From an uncultured Pseudomonadota bacterium (GTDB lineage Bacteria > Pseudomonadota > Alphaproteobacteria > Rhodobacterales > Rhodobacteraceae), in NCBI GenBank assembly GCA_963700775.1, contig CAVOYU010000004.1, forward strand, positions 15,066 through 79,065: a stretch of 64,000 nt of DNA. Direction: 5' to 3'. A model generated the notes under the pieces. The model did not search any database, had not been told where the DNA came from, and saw only the letters and a program-made list of their open reading frames with translations. The translations under genes and the position numbers were made by a program. Below, one piece after another: positions 45,847 through 56,335 of the stretch (the first letter of the stretch is position 1; each line of letters starts with the position of its first letter).

Positions 45847-47292
45847 ATGAGTAACGTGGATAAGCCCGGGGTAAGGATCGACCAGCTGAGCTCACGGGAA
45901 CGGGAGGTGGCCGAGGCTTTCTCGGGCGGCGAGAATTACAACCAGATCGCGGACCGGCTCTGCATCTCGCCATCGACGGTGCGCACGCATCTCGGCACGG
46001 TCTATCGCAAGCTGGGAGTCACCTCGAAGCTGGAGCTGCACAAGCTCCTCGAAGCGACCCTTCACCCACCCGGAGATGCGACCGACCGGCACCCGCCGAG
46101 ACCCGACAAACCCTCGATTGCAGTCCTCGCCTTCCAGAACATGTCGGGCGATCCAGAGCAGGAGTATTTCTCGGACGGCATTTCTGAAGACATCATCACG
46201 GCGCTTTCGCGCTCGCCCTGGCTCTTCATCATCGCCCGCAACACGACCTTCACCTACAAGGGCGAGAAGATTGACGTCCAGAGGATCGCGGACGAGTTGG
46301 GCGTTCGATACGTTCTGGAGGGCAGCGTTCGCAGGTCCGGTGACCGGATCCGGGTAACCGCGCAGCTGATCGACGGCATCACCGGCGGGCATGTCTGGTC
46401 GGAACGCTATGACGGCCAGCTCGCCGATGTTTTCGACCTCCAGGACGAGATCACGCGGAACGTGGTCGCGTCCATCCAGACCCGGGTGCATCTGACCGCG
46501 AGCGAACCCGCCGATCGCAGCAAGCGCCCCGACCTGACGGTCTGGGAGCTGACGATGCGCGCTTGGCGCCTGCTCTACGACTTCGACCCGGATAGCTACG
46601 CAACCGCCAGGTCCCTGCTCGAGCGCGCACTCGAACACGACCCCGACAGTGCGGAGGCAACACTGGTCCTGTCCCTCATCTACCATCACAGCGCGTTGCT
46701 GGGTTTTTCCGAGGACTACCTTGCGACCGTCACGAAGGCCCGCGAATTGGGCGTCCATGCAACGCGGTTGGATGAGCGGAACGAATACGCCCACTGGGCC
46801 CACGGCATAAGTTGCTGGGGCCTCCACAGACACGATGAATCCATCGCGGCGCTGGAGCGCGCGGTCGAACTCAATCCGAATTGCTCGCTGGCCTATGGCA
46901 GTCTGGGGACGGTGCTCGGCCTCGTCGGCCGCGTCGAGGAAGCAATCGAGAACCAGCGGATTGCGATCCGCTCCAACCCGCGCGATCCGAGCATCTTCTT
47001 CCGGTTTTCGGGGATGGCCATGGCGCATTATCTGGCGGGGCGCTACGACATCGCCGCCGAATGGGCCCAGAGAGCGGTCCATCGCAGGCCGCAGTGGTAC
47101 ATTGGCCATTTCCTGCTGGCGGCCAGTCACATGCGGGCCGGCCGCGAGGCCGCGGCCAGGGCGGCGATCGACGATTGCCGTGAGGTTCTGCCGGGCGCGC
47201 GGGTCTCGCATCTCGACCGCATCCCGCTGAAGGACGCCGCACAAATGGAGCAATTCCGCGCCTGCCTGCGCAATGCGGGATTGCCGGAGTAG
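45847..47292 (+). CDS. LuxR-HTH + TolB-N-like + TPR transcriptional regulator
   Basis: LSSREREV..ISPSTVRTH HTH; PSIAVLAFQNMSGDPEQEYFSDG; TPR repeats. Confidence 0.88.
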   Translation: MSNVDKPGVRIDQLSSREREVAEAFSGGENYNQIADRLCISPSTVRTHLGTVYRKLGVTSKLELHKLLEATLHPPGDATDRHPPRPDKPSIAVLAFQNMSGDPEQEYFSDGISEDIITALSRSPWLFIIARNTTFTYKGEKIDVQRIADELGVRYVLEGSVRRSGDRIRVTAQLIDGITGGHVWSERYDGQLADVFDLQDEITRNVVASIQTRVHLTASEPADRSKRPDLTVWELTMRAWRLLYDFDPDSYATARSLLERALEHDPDSAEATLVLSLIYHHSALLGFSEDYLATVTKARELGVHATRLDERNEYAHWAHGISCWGLHRHDESIAALERAVELNPNCSLAYGSLGTVLGLVGRVEEAIENQRIAIRSNPRDPSIFFRFSGMAMAHYLAGRYDIAAEWAQRAVHRRPQWYIGHFLLAASHMRAGREAAARAAIDDCREVLPGARVSHLDRIPLKDAAQMEQFRACLRNAGLPE

Positions 47293-47446
47293 TCCGGCCC
47301 CTCTCGCGTCGTCGGTCTACCGGGCGGCTTCGTCTGTCGAGGCAGTTCTCCGGAGCCCGCGAGAAACGATCGTCTCCGGAACGCGCCCCGAAGCCGTGGC
47401 CGGGTCGCGCGGTCCGCCCGCCGCCGGCGGACCGGAAGCGCTTGCG

Positions 47447-48241
47447 TCACGCAACCCCCTCGCCGAAGGCCTCGCGCCTTGCCCGGTCCATCAGCCCGCG
47501 CATCCGGCGGATGGCGCTGTCGAGGCCGGAGAAGATCGCCTCGCCGACCAGGAAGTGGCCGATGTTGAGCTCCATCACTTCCGGGAAGGCGGCGACCGGG
47601 GCGACCGTGTCGTAGGTCAGCCCGTGGCCGGCATGGACCTCGAGGCCGAGCGAGTGGCCGAAGGCCGACATGTCGCAGAGCTTCTCAAGCTCGGTGTCGC
47701 GGTCGGCGAGCCGGCCCTCGTGATGGGCGTCGCAATAGGCTCCCGTGTGCAGCTCGATCACCGGCGCGCCGATCCGGTGGGCGGCCTCGATCTGGCGCCG
47801 GTCGGCGGCGATGAAGATCGAGACCCGGCAGCCGGCCTCGCGCAGCGGCGCGATGAAGTGGGCGAGCCGGTTCTCCTCGCGCGCCACCTCGAGCCCGCCC
47901 TCGGTCGTGCGCTCCTCGCGCTTCTCGGGCACGATGCAGACCGCGTGGGGGCGGTGCCGGAGCGCGATCGCCTGCATCTCGTCGGTCGCCGCCATCTCGA
48001 AGTTCAGGGGCAGCGTCAGCGCCTGCATCAGCGCCTCGATGTCGGCGTCGGTGATATGGCGCCGGTCCTCGCGCAGATGGGCGGTGATTCCATCGGCGCC
48101 GGCCTGTTCGGCAATGCGCGCGGCGTGGACCGGGTCCGGATGGTTGCCGCCGCGGGCGTTGCGGATCGTCGCCACATGGTCGATGTTGACCCCGAGCCGG
48201 AGCCGCCCGAGCGGCTGGGTCGTGGTTGCCCGGTCATGCAT
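47447..48241 (-). CDS. pdxJ: Pyridoxine 5'-phosphate synthase
   Basis: [36 protein letters not shown]. Confidence 0.97.
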   Translation of the reverse strand: MHDRATTTQPLGRLRLGVNIDHVATIRNARGGNHPDPVHAARIAEQAGADGITAHLREDRRHITDADIEALMQALTLPLNFEMAATDEMQAIALRHRPHAVCIVPEKREERTTEGGLEVAREENRLAHFIAPLREAGCRVSIFIAADRRQIEAAHRIGAPVIELHTGAYCDAHHEGRLADRDTELEKLCDMSAFGHSLGLEVHAGHGLTYDTVAPVAAFPEVMELNIGHFLVGEAIFSGLDSAIRRMRGLMDRARREAFGEGVA

Positions 48242-48911
48242 TGTCGCCCTCCATCGCGTCATTCGCCCGATAGGCTTCCTGCTCGTCGAGCGCCAGCTGG
48301 CGACGCTGTTCCGCCCGCCTCGCGAGCCGCCGGCGCCGCCGTTCCTGGTAAGCTGCCACGATCGGTCCGATCAGCCAATAGGAGACCACGGCCGTAACGA
48401 GACCCGGCAGGATGCCGCCGATCAGGTAGGGCAGGAAGATGTCGTCGAGGAACACGATGATCCCGTCCCACTTCGATGGACCGAAGCCGAACCAGCTCTT
48501 GACCGTGGCTTCGATCGAAATCATCGCCTCGGCGAAGGCATGGGTGATCGTCTGAAACTCGGAGCCAGTGTCGTAGCGCCCGAGCATCCAGCGCCCGAGC
48601 CAGAGAGACGAGACCGAGATGAAGGGAAACGTCAGCGGGTTGCCGACGATGGTCCCGAACAGCGAGGCGAGCACGTTGCCGCGGACAAGCCAGGCGAGCC
48701 CCGCCGCGAGGAAGAAGTGGAATCCGAAGAAGGGCGTGAACGAGACGAAGGCGCCGCAGGCGAAGCCGATGGCGATGCGGTGCGGGCTGTCCGGCAGCCG
48801 CCGCATCCGCATACGGATGTACTCGAAACCGCGCCAGAACCCCTTTCGCGGGTAGACCGCCTCGCGCAGCCGGTCGCTGAGCGGCGCCCTTTCGCGGCGC
48901 TTGAAGATCAT
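48234..48911 (-). CDS. DUF2062 domain membrane protein
   Basis: [17 protein letters not shown]; conserved spoT-pdxJ position. Confidence 0.85.
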   Translation of the reverse strand: MIFKRRERAPLSDRLREAVYPRKGFWRGFEYIRMRMRRLPDSPHRIAIGFACGAFVSFTPFFGFHFFLAAGLAWLVRGNVLASLFGTIVGNPLTFPFISVSSLWLGRWMLGRYDTGSEFQTITHAFAEAMISIEATVKSWFGFGPSKWDGIIVFLDDIFLPYLIGGILPGLVTAVVSYWLIGPIVAAYQERRRRRLARRAEQRRQLALDEQEAYRANDAMEGDNA

Positions 48912-48960
48912 GTCGCCTCAAACTCCCCGTTGCTGGCTGCGCCCCCGGTCGCCATCGCGG

Positions 48961-51153
48961 TCAACCCTCCTCGGCCGGTGCCGAACCGAGCGGCAGCCGG
49001 GGCTGGTCCGCGGCGCGATCCGCGGTCATCTGCGCCGGCGGCGTGACCGCCCGTTCGACCTGGTTGACGAATGACTGGGCGCGGAATGCGGTCAGCACGT
49101 CGCTCAGATGCTTCACGTCCCTGACCTCGAGATCGACGCTCATGCGGAAGAAGTCGGGCTTGCGCGTGGTGACGCCTACATTGTCGATGTTGGCCTGCAG
49201 TTCCCCCGCCAGCGAGCAGACCTTGCCGAGCGAGCCCGGCTGGTTCGCCAGCGTCACGTTGATCCGGGCGACGTTGATCGGCTTGCGCGAGGCCTCCGGA
49301 TCCCAGCTCAGATCGTGCCAGCGTTCGAGGTCGTCCTCGAACTCGGCGAGCATCGGGCAGGAGATCGCGTGCACGATCACCCCGCCACGACGGGTCAGCC
49401 CGATGATGCGGTCGCCCGGGATCGGCCAGCAGCAGGTGCAGAACTCGATGGCCGCGCCGCGCTTGATGCCGCGGACGAGGGCGCGCGCCGGCTCGGCATC
49501 GGCCGGCGAGGGCGCCGAACCGGCGGCGGTCGGGTAGACTGCCTCGACGATCTGCCGTCCGGTCACCTCGCCGGTGGCCAGGTCCACCAGCATGGCATCG
49601 ACCGACGCAAAGCCGAGCTTTGCCGCGGCCGCCGCGAAGGCCTTGTCGCCGCCGCTGCGCCCGGCATGGGCGAAGCTCTGCTCGGCGAGGTCGCGGCCGA
49701 GCGCGATCTGCTCGATCTTCAGCCGGTCTCGCAATGCCCGCCGGACCGCCGCCTTGGCGCGGCCGGTCTGGGCCATGTCCTCCCAGTGCGGCGAAGGCTT
49801 CTGACCCTCGGCGGTGATGATGTCGACCTGCTGGCCGTTGCGGAGCCGGGTCCAGAGCGGCACCCGCCTTCCGTCCACCAGCGCGCCGGCGCAGTGATCT
49901 CCGACGCTTGTGTGGATCGCATAGGCGAAGTCGATCGGGGTGGCGCCCCGGGGCAGGCCGATCACATCGCCCTTGGGCGTGAAGCAGAACACCTGGTCGG
50001 TGAACATCTCCAGCTTGACGTGCTCGAGGAATTCCTGTGGCTCGTCGCCCTTCTCGAGCCGTGCCACAAGGTCGCGTAGCCAGGTGAAGGGATCGACCGC
50101 GAAGGGGTTCTGTACCCGCTCGCCGTTCTTGTAGGCCCAGTGCGCCGCGACGCCGGTCTCGGCCACCTCGTGCATCTCGTGCGTGCGGATCTGCATCTCG
50201 ACCCGCATCGCGCCGGCGCCGTACACGGTGGTGTGGATCGAACGGTAGCCGTTGGCCTTCGGCCCCGAGATGTAGTCCTTGAACCGGCCGGGCACGCTGC
50301 GCCAGTGCCGGTGGATGGCGCCAAGCGCGCGGTAGCAGTCGTCTTCGGTGTCGCAGAGCACCCGGAAGCCATAGATGTCGGAGAGTTGCGAGAAAGCCGT
50401 CTCCTTCTCCTCCATCTTGCGCCAGATCGAATAGGGCTGTTTCTCGCGGCCTTGCACCACCGCCTCGATCCCGCTTGCGGCCAGGGTCCCGGTGATCTCG
50501 GTGCTGATCTTCGGGATCAGGTCGCCGGCGTCGCGGCGCAGCTTCAGGAAGCGGCGCATCAGCGAGGTCCGGGCCTCGGGATTCAGGACGTCGAAGGCAA
50601 GATCCTCGAGCTCCTGGCGGATCGATTGCATGCCCATGCGTCCCGCCAGCGGGGCATAGATCTCCATCGTCTCGTGGGCGATCCGATGGCGCTTCTCCGG
50701 CGACAGGTGGCCGAGGGTGCGCATGTTGTGGATGCGGTCGGCGAGCTTGACCAGGATCACCCGCACATCCGCGGCCATCGCCAGCAGAAGCTTGCGGAAA
50801 TTCTCGGCCTGGGCCGACTCGGACGAGGTCAGCTCGAGCTGGGTGAGCTTGGTGACGCCGTCGACCAGGCTGGCGATCTCGAACCCGAAGAGCTCGCTGA
50901 TCTCCTCGCGGGTTGCCTCGGTGTCCTCGACCGTGTCGTGCAGAAGCGCGGTGACGATCGACGCATCGTCAAGCTTCAGGCCGGTGAGGATCGCGGCCAC
51001 CTCGAGCGGGTGGCCGAAATAGGGTTCGCCGCTGGCGCGCTTCTGGTGCGCGTGGGCCTTGGCGCCGAACACGTAGGCCCGGTTGAGCAGCGCCTCATCC
51101 GTGTTTGGGTTGTATTCCCTGACCCGCTCGACGAGTTCGAACTGACGGATCAC
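48961..51153 (-). CDS. spoT: RelA/SpoT (p)ppGpp synthetase/hydrolase
   Basis: HD motif LLHDTVED, KLADRIHNMR, synthetase, TGS and ACT domains. Confidence 0.96.
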   Translation of the reverse strand: MIRQFELVERVREYNPNTDEALLNRAYVFGAKAHAHQKRASGEPYFGHPLEVAAILTGLKLDDASIVTALLHDTVEDTEATREEISELFGFEIASLVDGVTKLTQLELTSSESAQAENFRKLLLAMAADVRVILVKLADRIHNMRTLGHLSPEKRHRIAHETMEIYAPLAGRMGMQSIRQELEDLAFDVLNPEARTSLMRRFLKLRRDAGDLIPKISTEITGTLAASGIEAVVQGREKQPYSIWRKMEEKETAFSQLSDIYGFRVLCDTEDDCYRALGAIHRHWRSVPGRFKDYISGPKANGYRSIHTTVYGAGAMRVEMQIRTHEMHEVAETGVAAHWAYKNGERVQNPFAVDPFTWLRDLVARLEKGDEPQEFLEHVKLEMFTDQVFCFTPKGDVIGLPRGATPIDFAYAIHTSVGDHCAGALVDGRRVPLWTRLRNGQQVDIITAEGQKPSPHWEDMAQTGRAKAAVRRALRDRLKIEQIALGRDLAEQSFAHAGRSGGDKAFAAAAAKLGFASVDAMLVDLATGEVTGRQIVEAVYPTAAGSAPSPADAEPARALVRGIKRGAAIEFCTCCWPIPGDRIIGLTRRGGVIVHAISCPMLAEFEDDLERWHDLSWDPEASRKPINVARINVTLANQPGSLGKVCSLAGELQANIDNVGVTTRKPDFFRMSVDLEVRDVKHLSDVLTAFRAQSFVNQVERAVTPPAQMTADRAADQPRLPLGSAPAEEG

Positions 51154-51198
51154 GGATGTCTCCAGAACTCCCGTCCGTGCGGCCGGGATGCAAGCGGG

Positions 51199-51558
51199 TT
51201 ACTTCCTGTCCTGCTCGGCCATCAGCGCCCGCAGGAGCTTTTCCTCGTCGAGATCGTCGACCATACCCATCGGCGCAGCATCGGCACTGGACATCAGCAG
51301 GGAGATGTTGTCCTCCTCCGGCTCGTCCACCTCGATATGGCGCTGGTAGCCCTCGATCGCCTGCTCGCGCAGGGTGTCGACGCCCAGCGTTTCCTCGGCG
51401 ATCTCGCGCAGCGCGACGACGGGGTTCTTGTCCTTGTCGCGCTCGACGGTGATCGGCGCTCCGTCGGCGATGGAGCGCGCGCGGTGCGCAGCAAGCATGA
51501 CCAGATCGAAACGGTTCGGGACCTTGTCGACGCAGTCTTCGACGGTGACGCGGGCCAT
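51199..51558 (-). CDS. rpoZ: RNA polymerase omega subunit
   Basis: [26 protein letters not shown]. Confidence 0.97.
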   Translation of the reverse strand: MARVTVEDCVDKVPNRFDLVMLAAHRARSIADGAPITVERDKDKNPVVALREIAEETLGVDTLREQAIEGYQRHIEVDEPEEDNISLLMSSADAAPMGMVDDLDEEKLLRALMAEQDRK

Positions 51559-51684
51559 CGGCGGCACTCCAGTTCGTAGCGGTTCTCGGAAGCTGCAGAG
51601 AAATAGGCTGATGCGCGGGATATTGCAACCCCCGCCGCGGTGTCCGGGGCGGGCGCGATGCCGCAAGGACACGCATTCCGGCGG

Positions 51685-52248
51685 TCAGGCCAGCGGACGG
51701 ATCGCGGCCAGCTCCTCCGGCGGCAGGGCGTCGCGCATCTCGGCCACCGTGAGCCCGGTCGCCGGATGGCGCCAGCCGGGGGCGATCTCGGCCAGCGGGA
51801 CCAGCACGAAGCCGCGTTCGTGCATCCTCGGATGCGGCAGGATCAGCCGCGGCGGAGTGACGCTCTGGGCGGTGCCGAGGTCGAGCGCCATCCAGCGGTC
51901 CAGGGTCGCCCGGTCCGGCAGCACCAGGTCGCCGATTGCGATCAGGTCCAGATCGCAGATCCGTGGCGCCCAGCGTGATGGCCGCTGGCGGCCGAGTTCG
52001 GCCTCGACACGGTGGAGCACGGCCAGCAGCGCCTGCGGCGCGAGCGTGGTCGAGAGCTCGGCCGCGCCGTTGACGAAGTCGGGGCCCGAATCGGGCGGAA
52101 AGGCGGGAGTCCGGTACCAGCGGCTGCGCCGGAGGAGAGTGATTCCCCCGGTTTCGGCGAGCAGCAGGAGCGCCCGCCCCAGGATTTCCTCCACGGACGC
52201 TCCGGGTGACGCAACGTTACCTCCCAATGAAATCAACGAAACATTCAT
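51685..52248 (-). CDS. folK: 2-amino-4-hydroxy-6-hydroxymethyldihydropteridine diphosphokinase
   Basis: SLGGN, FVNG, RWAPRICDLDL, LPHPRMHERGFVL. Confidence 0.93.
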   Translation of the reverse strand: MNVSLISLGGNVASPGASVEEILGRALLLLAETGGITLLRRSRWYRTPAFPPDSGPDFVNGAAELSTTLAPQALLAVLHRVEAELGRQRPSRWAPRICDLDLIAIGDLVLPDRATLDRWMALDLGTAQSVTPPRLILPHPRMHERGFVLVPLAEIAPGWRHPATGLTVAEMRDALPPEELAAIRPLA

Positions 52249-52380
52249 AAGTGCCCTTTTTGGTATCTGGACAGGTTTGGTAAGGGTACATAAGTGTCCG
52301 CTCGATTCGCGTCCGGCACTTGTGTATGATGCCTGCGCCGGACGGGACACAAGTCGGCAACCGGGGAATTGAGGATCCTA

Positions 52381-52953
52381 ATGTTTTACCGGGACGAGCG
52401 CCTCGCGCTCTTTATAGATGGCTCCAATCTCTACGCGGCGACAAAAGCGCTGGGATTCGACATCGACTACAAGCTTCTGCGCAGCGAGTTCATGCGGCGT
52501 GGCAAGATGGTACGGGCTTTCTACTACACGGCATTGATCGAGAACGAGGAGTACTCGCCGATCCGGCCGCTGGTCGATTGGCTCGACTACAACGGCTTCA
52601 CGCTGGTGACCAAGCCCGCCAAGGAGTTCATCGACTCCACCGGGCGGCGCAAGATCAAGGGCAACATGGACATCGAACTCGCGATCGACGCGATGGAGAT
52701 GGCCGAGCACGTGGAGCACATCGTGCTGTTCTCGGGCGACGGCGACTTCCGGCCCCTGGTCGACGCGCTGCAGCGCAAGGGCGTGCGGGTCTCGGTGGTC
52801 TCGACCATCCGCTCGAGCCCGCCGATGATCGCCGACGATCTTCGCCGCCAGGCCGACAACTTCATCGAGCTCGACGAGCTGCGCGAAGTCATCGGCCGGC
52901 CGCCGCGGCCCGAGCGGGTCGCCGAGGAGCAGATCGCCGCGAATGACGAGTGA
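52381..52953 (+). CDS. NYN domain protein (LabA/DUF88)
   Basis: LFIDGSN, KGNMDIEL, SGDGDF. Confidence 0.92.
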   Translation: MFYRDERLALFIDGSNLYAATKALGFDIDYKLLRSEFMRRGKMVRAFYYTALIENEEYSPIRPLVDWLDYNGFTLVTKPAKEFIDSTGRRKIKGNMDIELAIDAMEMAEHVEHIVLFSGDGDFRPLVDALQRKGVRVSVVSTIRSSPPMIADDLRRQADNFIELDELREVIGRPPRPERVAEEQIAANDE

Positions 52954-53587
52954 GCCGCGGCCGGAAGCGCCCCGCGACTGCACTCTCTGCGACCGGCTGG
53001 TCGCCTATCGCGCCGCGAACCGCGCGGCGCATTCCGACTGGTTCAACGGCGCGGTGCCGAGCTTCGGCGACGCGCGGGCACGGCTCCTGATCGTGGGCCT
53101 CGCCCCGGGCGTGACCGGGGCGAACCGCACGGGCAGGCCGTTCACCGGCGACTGGGCCGGGGACCTGCTCTACCCGACACTGGCGAAATACGGCTTCAGC
53201 CGGGGCCGCTTCGCCGCCCGGCCGGACGACGGGCTGGAACTGACCGGCGCCATGGTCACCAACGCTGTCCGCTGCGTGCCGCCCCAGAACAAGCCGGTCG
53301 GCGACGAGATCAACCGCTGCCGCCCCTATCTCGCCGCCCGCATCGCGGCGCTTCCGCGGCTCACTCACATCGTCACACTGGGCAAGATCGCCCATGACTC
53401 GACCGTGCGCGCGCTTGGCGGGCGGGTGGCGGATCACCCGTTCGGCCACGGGGCGGTTTCGCGCATCGGCAGGCTGGCATTGCACGCCAGCTATCACTGC
53501 TCGCGCTACAACACCAACACCGGACGCCTCACGCCGCCGATGTTCGAGGCGGTCTTCGCCGGCGTCCGGGAGTCACTGGACGCCTGA
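52943..53587 (+). CDS. Uracil-DNA glycosylase (family 5-like)
   Basis: C..C, GLAPG..GANRTGRPFTGD, YHCSRYNT. Confidence 0.9.
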   Translation: MTSEPRPEAPRDCTLCDRLVAYRAANRAAHSDWFNGAVPSFGDARARLLIVGLAPGVTGANRTGRPFTGDWAGDLLYPTLAKYGFSRGRFAARPDDGLELTGAMVTNAVRCVPPQNKPVGDEINRCRPYLAARIAALPRLTHIVTLGKIAHDSTVRALGGRVADHPFGHGAVSRIGRLALHASYHCSRYNTNTGRLTPPMFEAVFAGVRESLDA

Positions 53588-53611
53588 TCCCGTTACCCGA
53601 ACGCGGGTCGG

Positions 53612-54604
53612 TCAGGCCGAAATCCGGGCGCCCCTGCCCGCCCGCTTGCCTGCCGCCAGGGCGTAGGTTGCGATTGCCGTGTCCTGGGCACCGGTTCCGG
53701 TCAGGTCGCAGATGGTGACCTGACCTTGAGACTGCCGCCCCGGATGCTGCCCGGCGACGATCTGGCCGAGCTCCGGCGGCCTGACTCCGGGCTCGAGGAG
53801 CCCGGCGGCGATGGCCGAGCGCAGCTCTCCGAGCACGGCGCATTGGCTGGCGCGGTCACAGACATAAAGATCGGCGGCCACCAGCGCCTTCGGGTCGATC
53901 TCGTTCTTCTCGGACATGTCCGAGCCCATGGCGGTGACATGCAGCCCCGGATGCAGCCACTCGGCCCTGAGGATCGCCTCGCGGGCCGGCGTCGTGGTGA
54001 CCACGAGCTGACTTTCCGCCACGACCCGCGCGGGATCCTCCCATGCTTCCGCAGGCACGCCAAGTGCCGTGGAGATGTCGGCGGCACAGGCTTTGGCCCT
54101 GCCCTGATCGCGACCCCACACCAGCACGCGCCGGAACGGCCGGACCAGATGGGCGGCCTGCATCTGCAGCCGCGCCTGCAGCCCGGTGCCGAATACGCCT
54201 GCGGTCGCCACTTCGCGCGGCGCCAGATGCCGGGCCGCCACGGCGCCTGCGGCCGCGGTACGCAGATCGGTCAGGTAGCCGTTGTCGAGCAGCAGCGCCT
54301 CGAGCAGTCCGGTCTTCGCCGAGAACAGGGTCATCAGGCCGTTGAGGCTGGGCAACCCCAGCTTCTGGTTGCCGTAAAACCCGGTCGAGACCTTGATGGC
54401 AAATCCTTCGAAGCCGGGAATGTAGGCGGTCTTCACGTCCACCTCACCATGAGCCTCGGCGATCTCCATCGACATGATCGGCGGCATCACCACCTTGCCG
54501 CCGGCGAGCGCCCTGAAACAGTCCTCGACCACGCCGATGGCGGCGGGGTCGAGTTTCACGCATTCGCGGAGTTCCGCCTCGGTCAGCAGGAAGATGTCGC
54601 GCAT
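53612..54604 (-). CDS. eutC: Ectoine utilisation cyclodeaminase-family protein EutC
   Basis: GEVDVKTAY, DNGYLTDLRTAAAG, DLTGTGAQD; follows eutB. Confidence 0.85.
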   Translation of the reverse strand: MRDIFLLTEAELRECVKLDPAAIGVVEDCFRALAGGKVVMPPIMSMEIAEAHGEVDVKTAYIPGFEGFAIKVSTGFYGNQKLGLPSLNGLMTLFSAKTGLLEALLLDNGYLTDLRTAAAGAVAARHLAPREVATAGVFGTGLQARLQMQAAHLVRPFRRVLVWGRDQGRAKACAADISTALGVPAEAWEDPARVVAESQLVVTTTPAREAILRAEWLHPGLHVTAMGSDMSEKNEIDPKALVAADLYVCDRASQCAVLGELRSAIAAGLLEPGVRPPELGQIVAGQHPGRQSQGQVTICDLTGTGAQDTAIATYALAAGKRAGRGARISA

Positions 54605-54607
54605 GGC

Positions 54608-55615
54608 CTATCCCTCCACGATCCGGTCGCCGATCTGCACCGGCCGGCCGGCTGCGATGGCGGTAAACTTGTCCATGTCGACGCCGCGCCCGCTGATGAT
54701 CAGCGCGGTCTTGCCGTCGAGCTTCAGCTTCCCCGCCAGCAACGCCGCGACCCCGACAGCCGAGCCGCCCTCGGCGACGATCCGCTCGTCGCGGAACAGG
54801 CAGCGCATGGCGCGGTAGATCTCGGCTTCGCTGACCAGCAGGGTCTCGTCGAGCAGGTCGCGGCAGAGCGGGTAGGTCCAGCGGTTCCGGAGCCCGATTC
54901 CGCCTCCGAGGGAATCCGCCAGCGACGGCACCTCGGTCACGTCGACAGGGTGCCCGGCGCGGATGCTGTCATGCATCGCCGGGCCATCCTCCATGGTGAT
55001 GCCGACGATGCGGAGATCGGGCCTGACCGCCTTGGCCGCCAGTGCAATGCCGCCGGCGAGACCGCCGCCGGAGAGCGGGATGACGATCGTCGTCAGATCG
55101 GGCGCGTCCTCGAGGAGTTCGAGACCTATGGTTCCCTGGCCCGCGATTACGTGCGGGTGGTCGAAGGGCGGGATGTCGGACAATCCCTCGTCGGCCACCA
55201 GCCGGTCCACCTCGAGCTGGGCGTCGTCCTGGGACTGCCCGATCCGCCGCACCTCGGCCCCCAGCGCCTCGATGGCTTTGACCTTCACGTCGGGCACCAG
55301 CCGGGAGAGACAGACCACGGCCCGGATGCCCGCCGACCGCGCGGCATGGGCGACCGCGCGGCCGTGATTGCCGGTGGACGAGCACACGACCCCGCGGCTT
55401 CGCGCCGCCTCCGGCAGGTTCGCGACCGCATTGGTGGCGCCGCGGAGCTTGAAGGCGCCGGTCGGTTGCAGCGTCTCGAGCTTCAGCAGGATCTCGGCCC
55501 CGAAGCGCTCGGAGAGCCCGAAGGCGGGGATCAGCGGTGTGCGCAGCGCCACGCCGCGAATGGTCTTCTGGGCGGCGCGCACGTCCTCGACGGTGATCTG
55601 CTGCGGGCTGGGCAT
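54608..55615 (-). CDS. eutB: Hydroxyectoine utilisation dehydratase EutB (threonine dehydratase family)
   Basis: GAFKLRGA, STGNHG, SLADSLGGGIG. Confidence 0.85.
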   Translation of the reverse strand: MPSPQQITVEDVRAAQKTIRGVALRTPLIPAFGLSERFGAEILLKLETLQPTGAFKLRGATNAVANLPEAARSRGVVCSSTGNHGRAVAHAARSAGIRAVVCLSRLVPDVKVKAIEALGAEVRRIGQSQDDAQLEVDRLVADEGLSDIPPFDHPHVIAGQGTIGLELLEDAPDLTTIVIPLSGGGLAGGIALAAKAVRPDLRIVGITMEDGPAMHDSIRAGHPVDVTEVPSLADSLGGGIGLRNRWTYPLCRDLLDETLLVSEAEIYRAMRCLFRDERIVAEGGSAVGVAALLAGKLKLDGKTALIISGRGVDMDKFTAIAAGRPVQIGDRIVEG

Positions 55616-55669
55616 GAGGTCTCCGGTCGTTCTGGCGACGGGCACTCTAGCGGCGCCGGGCGGTCCGGG

Positions 55670-56335
55670 CTACCGCAGGTTGATCCGGAGTGCCGCGGCG
55701 GCGGCGAAGGGCGTCAGCGCGGCCGAGAACAGCGTCAGCGCGGCGACCAGGCCCAGAGAGGGCCAGGGGGAGAGATCGAGCAGCGACTGCTCGATTGCCC
55801 GGGCGCCGAAGATCAGCGTCGGGATATAGAGCGGCAGCACCAGGATCGACAGCAGGAGCCCGCCCCGGCGCACGCCGACGGTGATGGCGGCGCCGACCGC
55901 GCCGATCAGGCTCAGGGCCGGAGTGCCGAAGGCCATCCCGGCGGCCAGCGCGGGGAGGGCAGAGCCGGGGAGCTGGAGCATGGCGCCCAGCACCGGCGCG
56001 ATGATCGTCACCGGCAGGCCGGTTGTCAGCCAGTGGGCGATGCTCTTCGCCAGAACCACCTGTTCGAGCGCGAGCGGCGCGAGCATCAGCTGGTCGAGCG
56101 AACCGTCCTCGAAATCGGCCTGGAAGATGCGGTCGAGCGACAGCAGCGCGGCCAGCAGCGCCGCGATCCAGATCACGCCGCCGGCGATCCGGGCCAGGGT
56201 CGTCGCCTCGCGCCCGACCCCGAGGGGGATCAGCACCACGGCAAGGACGAAGAACGCCACCCCGATACCGCCGCCCCCGCCGAGCCGGAGCGCCAGGCGG
56301 ATGTCGCGGGAGAGAAGGCTCGCGAGGCCCTTCAT
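55670..56335 (-). CDS. ccmB: Heme exporter protein CcmB
   Basis: DFEDGSL, AHWLTTGLP, LPLYIPTLIFG. Confidence 0.93.
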   Translation of the reverse strand: MKGLASLLSRDIRLALRLGGGGGIGVAFFVLAVVLIPLGVGREATTLARIAGGVIWIAALLAALLSLDRIFQADFEDGSLDQLMLAPLALEQVVLAKSIAHWLTTGLPVTIIAPVLGAMLQLPGSALPALAAGMAFGTPALSLIGAVGAAITVGVRRGGLLLSILVLPLYIPTLIFGARAIEQSLLDLSPWPSLGLVAALTLFSAALTPFAAAAALRINLR

